Shown here: positions 57,995 through 64,000 of the stretch, one piece after another
How the letters are laid out: each line of letters opens with the position of its first letter
Position numbering within the stretch: the first letter of the stretch is position 1
Assembly: GCA_016839945.1 (NCBI GenBank)
Contig: JAEOTE010000007.1
Span: 32,001-96,000 of the forward strand
Source: Candidatus Heimdallarchaeota archaeon
GTDB lineage: Archaea; Asgardarchaeota; Heimdallarchaeia; Heimdallarchaeales; Heimdallarchaeaceae
Direction: 5' to 3'
Length of the DNA stretch: 64,000 nucleotides
The notes under the pieces: model-generated
What the model was told of the DNA's origin: nothing
Database searches by the model: none
What the model saw: only the letters and a program-made list of their open reading frames with translations
Made by a program: the position numbers and the translations under genes

Positions 57995-59530
57995 ATGCAA
58001 GAAGAAACTGGAGAAGCTTTTACTGATACAGCAGCTGTTCCAATACTTGAGGAAACATATCCTGTAAGTCCTCCGTTTTCTTATGTGTTAATTCAAACGG
58101 ACCCTGTTTCTAAGCGAACTCAATATATGGTTGTGGAAATTCCACTAGATTCAAAGGAGCAGGCGATTTACAATAAGATTTTCTCTATAATGGTTGATGA
58201 ATTGGATGTAGATCTAAGTGTTCTGAAATCATCTGAAAAAGCTGAAGAATTCCTTAAGAAAAAGATTGTTGATATCATTAAAAGATATAGAATTTCTCTC
58301 AATGAATCTCAATTTGAAAAAATCATGTACTACTTAACACGAGATTTAATTGGTTACGGAAAGATTCAACCTTTTATGCTTGATCCAAATATAGAAGATA
58401 TCTCAAACGATGGAATAGGGATTCCAATTTACGTATGGCATCGTAAATATGAATCTATATCAACAAACATCTCATTTGATAGTGCAGAAGATTTGGATAG
58501 TTTTATCATTAAACTTGCCCAAAGAGCTAATAGGCATATTAGTATTGCAAATCCGCTCTTGGATGCATCACTACCAGATGGAAGCAGAATCCAACTTACA
58601 TACGGTAAAGAAGTTACTCAACGTGGTTCAACTTTCACTGTAAGAAAATTCAAAGCAGATCCTTTTACAATTACAGATTTAATTCTATACAACACAATAG
58701 ATTTGGATATTGCAGCTTTCTATTGGTTTACAATGGAACATAATGTTAGTTCCCTAATAGCAGGTGGTACTGCAGCTGGAAAAACCACTCTCTTAAATAC
58801 AATTGCTATGATGATTAAACCTGATCTTAAAGTTGTAACAATTGAAGATACGGCAGAGCTTAATCTAGCACATGAGAATTGGATTCCAAGCGTTGTTCGA
58901 TCAGGATTTGGTGAAACAACAGAAACAGGCTATAGAAGAGGACAAATCTCAATGTATGAATTGTTAAGAGCTGCAATGAGACAACGCCCTGACTATATTA
59001 TTGTGGGTGAAATTAGAGGAGACGAAGCATATGCAATGTTTCAAGCAATGAGTACAGGTCACAGAGGTTTAGGAACTATTCACGGTGATTCTGTTGAAGG
59101 AGTAATTCACAGGTTAGAAAGTAAACCAATGAACATACCTCGTTCAATGATGAAATCATTAGATCTCATTCATGTTATTCGAAAGGTTCGACTACAATCC
59201 AAATTCGCTCGTAGAACTCAATCTGTTACTGAGTTGATAGGTTTAGATCCTGTTACTGAAGAAATCTTAACAAACAAGCTTTACCAATGGAATCCAAAAG
59301 ATGATACATTCATCTATTTTGGAAGAAGCTATGTTCTTGAAAAAATAATGGAAAACACAGGAACAGAGGAACAAGAAATCTTTGATGAACTTGAAAGGAG
59401 AAAAACCATTCTTCGATGGATGGTAAAGAAGAGAATTAGATACTTCGAAGATGTTGCTTCTGTTATTCAAGAATACAATTCAGATCCTGATAGAGCACTA
59501 GAAAAGGCAAGGAAAGGATTAAAGGCTTAA
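57995..59530 (+). CDS. Type IV filament assembly ATPase (archaeal PilB/ArlI-like)
   Basis: DPNIEDIS, LPDGSR, GGTAAGKTT, IEDTAE, RQRPDYIIVGEIRG, TGH..LGTIH. Confidence 0.95.
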   Translation: MQEETGEAFTDTAAVPILEETYPVSPPFSYVLIQTDPVSKRTQYMVVEIPLDSKEQAIYNKIFSIMVDELDVDLSVLKSSEKAEEFLKKKIVDIIKRYRISLNESQFEKIMYYLTRDLIGYGKIQPFMLDPNIEDISNDGIGIPIYVWHRKYESISTNISFDSAEDLDSFIIKLAQRANRHISIANPLLDASLPDGSRIQLTYGKEVTQRGSTFTVRKFKADPFTITDLILYNTIDLDIAAFYWFTMEHNVSSLIAGGTAAGKTTLLNTIAMMIKPDLKVVTIEDTAELNLAHENWIPSVVRSGFGETTETGYRRGQISMYELLRAAMRQRPDYIIVGEIRGDEAYAMFQAMSTGHRGLGTIHGDSVEGVIHRLESKPMNIPRSMMKSLDLIHVIRKVRLQSKFARRTQSVTELIGLDPVTEEILTNKLYQWNPKDDTFIYFGRSYVLEKIMENTGTEEQEIFDELERRKTILRWMVKKRIRYFEDVASVIQEYNSDPDRALEKARKGLKA

Positions 59531-59644
59531 ACTAAAACACTCATTCTGGAGGGAGTAAAGAGATTTTTTTCTCATCAATAATAAGTTAAATAATCGAATT
59601 TATATAATGTAATGGCAAATTATTCTTGATATTGAAAAAGTATT

Positions 59645-60277
59645 GTGATACATATGAATCCTGATGAAAATGATGATAAGAAAAAGAAGAAAAAACAACC
59701 TGATGATTCTTATCCGTTTGATTTCTTCAGCTCTTGGGAAGATTTCAATATAGAGGAAGCTATGGAGAGATTTTTACCATATTTCAGAGGTTCATCTTTT
59801 GGGAAAATGATAGATGAAATGCTAAAGAATTTTATGAAAAACTTAGAAGGAATAGATTCTGCTGATTTTGAGGATATAACCAAAAATCCGTTTGTTTATG
59901 GATTTAAATTCGGAATGGGTCCAGATGGAAAACCACAAATTGACCAGTTTGGAAATGTAAAATCTAAAACCTATGGTGATATCGAAGCATCTGATGTAAG
60001 AGAACCGTTGATTGATGTTTTTAAGGAAAGTGATAAAGTTAGAGTTATTGCAGAGGTTCCTGGTGTTAACAGGGGAGATATTAAGTTAACAGGCACAGAA
60101 AGAACACTAACAATAAAAGCTCATTCGCAAGAAAGAAAGTACGAAAAGTCGGTTAGCCTTCCAGTTGCAGTAGACATTCAAACTGCAAAAGCTAAGTACA
60201 AAAACGGCGTTCTTGAAGTCATAATTGATAGAAAAGAGAAAGAAAAAGAAGAAGATTTCAAAATAAGTGTTAATTAA
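59645..60277 (+). CDS. hsp20: Archaeal small heat-shock protein
   Basis: PFVYGF, GPDGKP, FGNV, REPLIDV, AEVPGV, AKYKNGVLEV. Confidence 0.93.
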   Translation: MIHMNPDENDDKKKKKKQPDDSYPFDFFSSWEDFNIEEAMERFLPYFRGSSFGKMIDEMLKNFMKNLEGIDSADFEDITKNPFVYGFKFGMGPDGKPQIDQFGNVKSKTYGDIEASDVREPLIDVFKESDKVRVIAEVPGVNRGDIKLTGTERTLTIKAHSQERKYEKSVSLPVAVDIQTAKAKYKNGVLEVIIDRKEKEKEEDFKISVN

Positions 60278-60281
60278 GAAA

Positions 60282-60968
60282 TTATACTTCAAGCCAAAGA
60301 TATATGTTATGAGGGAGAGTAGCATATACGGTTTGTCCACCAACTAAATCTAGTAAGTATCTTCCGTCACCTAGATTACTAACTGGAGTGCTTGGAATAA
60401 CAGTAACAATTCCATCACTAATCATTGTTTGAATACCGTTTTGGATTTTGTATAAATAAACATAGTTAGAGGTTCCAGCTATATTGGATATCTCCATATA
60501 ATAAGCTGTATCAAAAGAATAAACACCGTCATAATATAAATCAGGACTATTTATATGAATAGAAATGTTGAATGAGCAGTAGATATATGTGGGATTAACC
60601 AGTGTGCTTGTGTTTCCAACCAATAAACTGTCCGTTACATAAGATAGTATTGCAGGCAGATTATGGTCATCTAAGTATGCTTCGACATGATTTATATTTG
60701 TTTGAATGAAGGTTTGAATGTCATTAGCAGAATCACCCATAGAATATTTTGACAAAGATATCTCAACCATTTCTTGTAGATTAGATATTGAATTATCAAG
60801 ATAATTTAACAGTTGCTCCTGGTTGGGAGCTGGATCAATAAATGGACTTTGAGTAATTCTATATACAGTAGTAGATATTAAGATTAAATAGATTAAGATC
60901 ACAATTGCTAAGAGGAGGAAGACTTGTCCCTTTTTGTCTTTAAACATCGTTGCTTTCATTTTAAACAC
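60282..60968 (-). CDS. Type IV pilin-like protein
   Basis: Class III signal KKG|QVFLLLAIVILIYLIL. Confidence 0.78.
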   Translation of the reverse strand: MFKMKATMFKDKKGQVFLLLAIVILIYLILISTTVYRITQSPFIDPAPNQEQLLNYLDNSISNLQEMVEISLSKYSMGDSANDIQTFIQTNINHVEAYLDDHNLPAILSYVTDSLLVGNTSTLVNPTYIYCSFNISIHINSPDLYYDGVYSFDTAYYMEISNIAGTSNYVYLYKIQNGIQTMISDGIVTVIPSTPVSNLGDGRYLLDLVGGQTVYATLPHNIYLWLEV

Positions 60969-61428
60969 CTTTTAGCCAAACATGAAGATGAATGATACAA
61001 GGATCATATTCACCCATGATTTCTGTAATCATGTAATCTATACCAATAGCTTCATTTGATAAACTTAGATGTTGATTAATCCAACTACTAGTCATAATTT
61101 CAGAAGAAGTAACGTTCTGGCAGTGTAATCTAAACTCCCCATTATCTGGAAGAGCACCATATAACGCTTGCTGAATAATTGCTTTTTGATTATTAATGTC
61201 TATCAAAGAATCTATTTTCAACGCATAAATAAACTCATCAAGAACACCATTATTGTCTAATGCTTTTATGGTACTGTAGATGTTTTCATGGAAATTCGTC
61301 TCGCTAGTTGGTTGTGTAGCTATTTGTACTTCATAGAGAGCTGTGACCATGATTATCATAACAGAAACAGCAATGAAAGCTTCTATTATGAAAAGTTGTC
61401 CTTTTTTATTTCTAAATAATGCTTTCAT
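60961..61428 (-). CDS. Type IV pilin-like protein
   Basis: Class III signal KKG|QLFIIEAFIAVSVMI. Confidence 0.82.
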   Translation of the reverse strand: MKALFRNKKGQLFIIEAFIAVSVMIIMVTALYEVQIATQPTSETNFHENIYSTIKALDNNGVLDEFIYALKIDSLIDINNQKAIIQQALYGALPDNGEFRLHCQNVTSSEIMTSSWINQHLSLSNEAIGIDYMITEIMGEYDPCIIHLHVWLKGV

Positions 61429-61432
61429 TATA

Positions 61433-62590
61433 TCACCAATACCATATTTGACATTTTATCAATACATTGCGTAAGAACAAAACTTGTGTTTCAGATATAT
61501 ATCCTTGATTATCAAGATCTGCTGAAGTTCCATAAATCCCACCATTCTTAGAAGAAAGGAACATTGGGATACCCATAAATCCTCGTCTATGTGTAGTTGT
61601 TTCTCTTTCATGTACTAAAATTAATGCTAATCCTTTTGAAGGAATGGGAATGGCCTCACGGAGATAAACGTTTCCTTCGTCATTCCCAGTTTTTAACATA
61701 TCAAATTTATAATAAGAGACATCAATATTCTTAGATGGAAAGAGAGCGAATACAGCAGCCTCATCACTTAAAGTAGTTCTAAATAAGCTTACATCAATGG
61801 AACTATGTAAAGTAACAGTGTTTTCTCTAACAAAGGGATTTAACTCAAAATCTGCTTCTCCATAATTGATTCCATCTGAGCTTTCAAGGTTTAATGTTGT
61901 ATAATCCTGATATATTTCTCCTACTTGAGCAAATGCTGCTATACTGTAGAAATTTGTTACATTAACCTCAAAAGTGGATTTGAAACTAATAGTATCTGAA
62001 ATAACTTTGGTTGTTGTGTAGTTTGTATAAACTTCATTATTTCCATTTACTACAAAAACCCACACATCAGCATTTTCAAAAGGTGTTTGATGATCTGTAA
62101 CCTTTCCAGAAATAGTTATATCATCAAAAGCAACTCCCCAATCATCTATTACGATGCTTATCGGAGAATAAACTCCAATTGCAAAATCTCTCGTAAGCCC
62201 ATATGATGCCTTTACACCAATATAATTGATATACCAATAATCCGAAATCCCACTTGATAGACGGTTGATTTTTGTAAAATCAAGTGTTTCTTTATAATCC
62301 AGTAATCCTAAACGAAAATCTGTAAGAGAACTAGTTCCTATGTAACCCCAATTAGAAGGATTTCCAGTTGAAAGAAAGATATTATTGTATAATTTGTTTA
62401 GTTCTTGTTCTTGAGAATATGTTTCCAATTGAACCATTGAAGGGATTAATAGATTTGATAAAACGATAATAACTTGACTGAAAGCAATTACAAAGATGAG
62501 TAATGCTAGAGCAAAATCTACTCCTCTTATTTGAGCTCTCTTGTTTTTCTTCAATGACAATTTTCTATTCCCCTTTCTCTTCAACTTCAT
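61433..62590 (-). CDS. Large type IV pilin-like protein
   Basis: Class III signal KRA|QIRGVDFALALLIF; G.P.NW…LGL motif. Confidence 0.82.
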   Translation of the reverse strand: MKLKRKGNRKLSLKKNKRAQIRGVDFALALLIFVIAFSQVIIVLSNLLIPSMVQLETYSQEQELNKLYNNIFLSTGNPSNWGYIGTSSLTDFRLGLLDYKETLDFTKINRLSSGISDYWYINYIGVKASYGLTRDFAIGVYSPISIVIDDWGVAFDDITISGKVTDHQTPFENADVWVFVVNGNNEVYTNYTTTKVISDTISFKSTFEVNVTNFYSIAAFAQVGEIYQDYTTLNLESSDGINYGEADFELNPFVRENTVTLHSSIDVSLFRTTLSDEAAVFALFPSKNIDVSYYKFDMLKTGNDEGNVYLREAIPIPSKGLALILVHERETTTHRRGFMGIPMFLSSKNGGIYGTSADLDNQGYISETQVLFLRNVLIKCQIWYW

Positions 62591-63005
62591 CTCCCAATAT
62601 TCTCTCTTCCAAGAGAGATTTGATCTCAGCTAAAGTAGCTTCTAATTCAACAAGTTCCATACCTTTTTCTAGTAAGTTAGAAGCTCGTTCTTGCATTTCA
62701 TCAGCTTTCTTAATCCTGTCGGACACTAAATTCTCTACTTGTCCTTTCAATTCTGCTAAATCTTGCTTTGAACCCATAGCATCTTCTATTTTCTCAATTC
62801 GGTCTTCTATTGGACCAAGGTCAACTGAAACAGAACCAACAACACCTTCAGCATCAGGATCAGAAGAAGGAACAACTCCTTTTTCCAATGTTCCCATAAT
62901 TCTAACTACATTAAAACTTACTTGATTCAGAATGCGTTTTAGTTCTTCAACTTCATCCTTTAGAGTCTTAAGGTCGTCTTCAATTTTCCCCATATTTTTC
63001 ACCAT
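62565..63005 (-). CDS. Cytoplasmic coiled-coil protein in the pilus operon (possibly ArlC/FlaC-like)
   Basis: Acidic heptad pattern, no TM; lies between the platform gene and the pilins. Confidence 0.6.
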   Translation of the reverse strand: MVKNMGKIEDDLKTLKDEVEELKRILNQVSFNVVRIMGTLEKGVVPSSDPDAEGVVGSVSVDLGPIEDRIEKIEDAMGSKQDLAELKGQVENLVSDRIKKADEMQERASNLLEKGMELVELEATLAEIKSLLEERILGDEVEEKGE

Positions 63006-63013
63006 TATGAATG

Positions 63014-63985
63014 TTATATCGTTATATTGAATAGAGGACTGTCTGGTTGAATCAAAATCTTAAAAGCAAACCATCCGATAAACATGAGCACTACAGAGTG
63101 CATAAGACCTGCTTTAATTGACATCTTAGACATTTTTCCTGCCACCAATCCAGAAAAGAATCCTTGAATTGCCAACATGTGCAAGAAGATAATCTCCAAT
63201 GTATCAAGATTAATATCTAAAAGGAACATTCCTGCAGTTTGTTCTGGACCAATATTAGCTGAACCAAACGGTATAAAGAAAGTTTGGAACAATACAACAA
63301 CGACTAGAATGAATATAAGAAAGGATGCGTAAACAATCCAGACATAAGGTTTCATAGCACCTTCTCTTTCTTTCTTTAAATCAAGAAGTGTTTGAACATG
63401 TTTTTCAGTAGCTTCAAAAATATCTTCTAAATTACCTCCAGATCTCTCAGCTTCTAGTATTAGTAAAGCAGCTCTTTGTGCTAAGGGAGTATCGATTGAT
63501 TCTTGAAAATCTTCCATTGCTTTATTGAAAGGGATACCCCAGGATACCTTGCTGGACATCTTTCTCAATTCAGGAGTTAAAGGACCATAATGTCTCTTAG
63601 CAGATTCTTGAATAGCTCTTGGCAAACTCATACCAGTTCTCTGAGCACTGCTGATTTCCCTTAGTAAAAAAGGTAGATTTTCATCAATTCTTCCTTGTCT
63701 CCTTTCTTCTCGGTAAATTATAAGAAATGTAGGAACTCCAACCATAACAATAATAGCGAGAATTATGAAATCGTTAATATCCAAGAAATTAATGAAATCG
63801 TTTGTTACAATTTTCTCGCCTGTTACTGGATCCAGTGTAAATTCGTATGCTATAACATCTATAATACCTAGAACGACTAAAATTAAAGCTGAAACAGCTG
63901 CAATTATCCAATAAATTGTATCTTGAGTTATCTGAAATTCTCTTACTTTTACTTCTACTTCATCACTTATTGCCATTTTTTTCAC
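63014..63985 (-). CDS. Type IV filament membrane platform protein (TadC/PilC, T2SSF domain)
   Basis: LPFLLRE, GMSLPRA, YGPLTPEL, WGIPF, SGGNLEDI, GLVAGKM; internal ATG after GGTGA may be the true start. Confidence 0.92.
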   Translation of the reverse strand: MKKMAISDEVEVKVREFQITQDTIYWIIAAVSALILVVLGIIDVIAYEFTLDPVTGEKIVTNDFINFLDINDFIILAIIVMVGVPTFLIIYREERRQGRIDENLPFLLREISSAQRTGMSLPRAIQESAKRHYGPLTPELRKMSSKVSWGIPFNKAMEDFQESIDTPLAQRAALLILEAERSGGNLEDIFEATEKHVQTLLDLKKEREGAMKPYVWIVYASFLIFILVVVVLFQTFFIPFGSANIGPEQTAGMFLLDINLDTLEIIFLHMLAIQGFFSGLVAGKMSKMSIKAGLMHSVVLMFIGWFAFKILIQPDSPLFNITI

Positions 63986-64000
63986 CTACAACTCCGGTTG

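Noticed and set aside
62503-62925. 140-aa + strand ORF and other short antisense ORFs (e.g. 20930-21292, 14475-14918, 37592-37927)
   Set aside because: Shadows of real genes on the opposite strand, with no motifs

Overview
This is an AT-rich, densely coding archaeal chromosomal segment with about 55 CDS. I saw no tRNA, rRNA, CRISPR array or transposase. Archaeal markers (NurA-HerA, Sm, Rio2, rpS17e, IorAB) occur with eukaryotic-signature-like proteins (an ESCRT-II Vps22/36 EAP30-like protein and a longin-like giant protein) and surface proteins with C-terminal anchors. Together these suggest an Asgard archaeon, probably Heimdallarchaeia-like (inference). Most of the window is housekeeping or metabolic. 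The most unusual elements are: (1) an orphan NuoJ/K/L/N-like membrane operon that has lost most proton-channel charged residues, beside a divergent prenyl synthase; (2) a type IV pilus locus split into two convergent halves, with five pilin-like genes and a possible ArlC/FlaC-like coiled coil; (3) tandem inositol-3-phosphate synthases, the second with a remodelled active site; (4) an ABC permease whose coding region extends about 34 codons upstream of its first AUG, implying a non-AUG start beside competing SD/anti-SD elements; (5) a candidate small RNA; (6) several uncharacterised domain architectures. All family calls come from motif recognition by eye, with no database searches.
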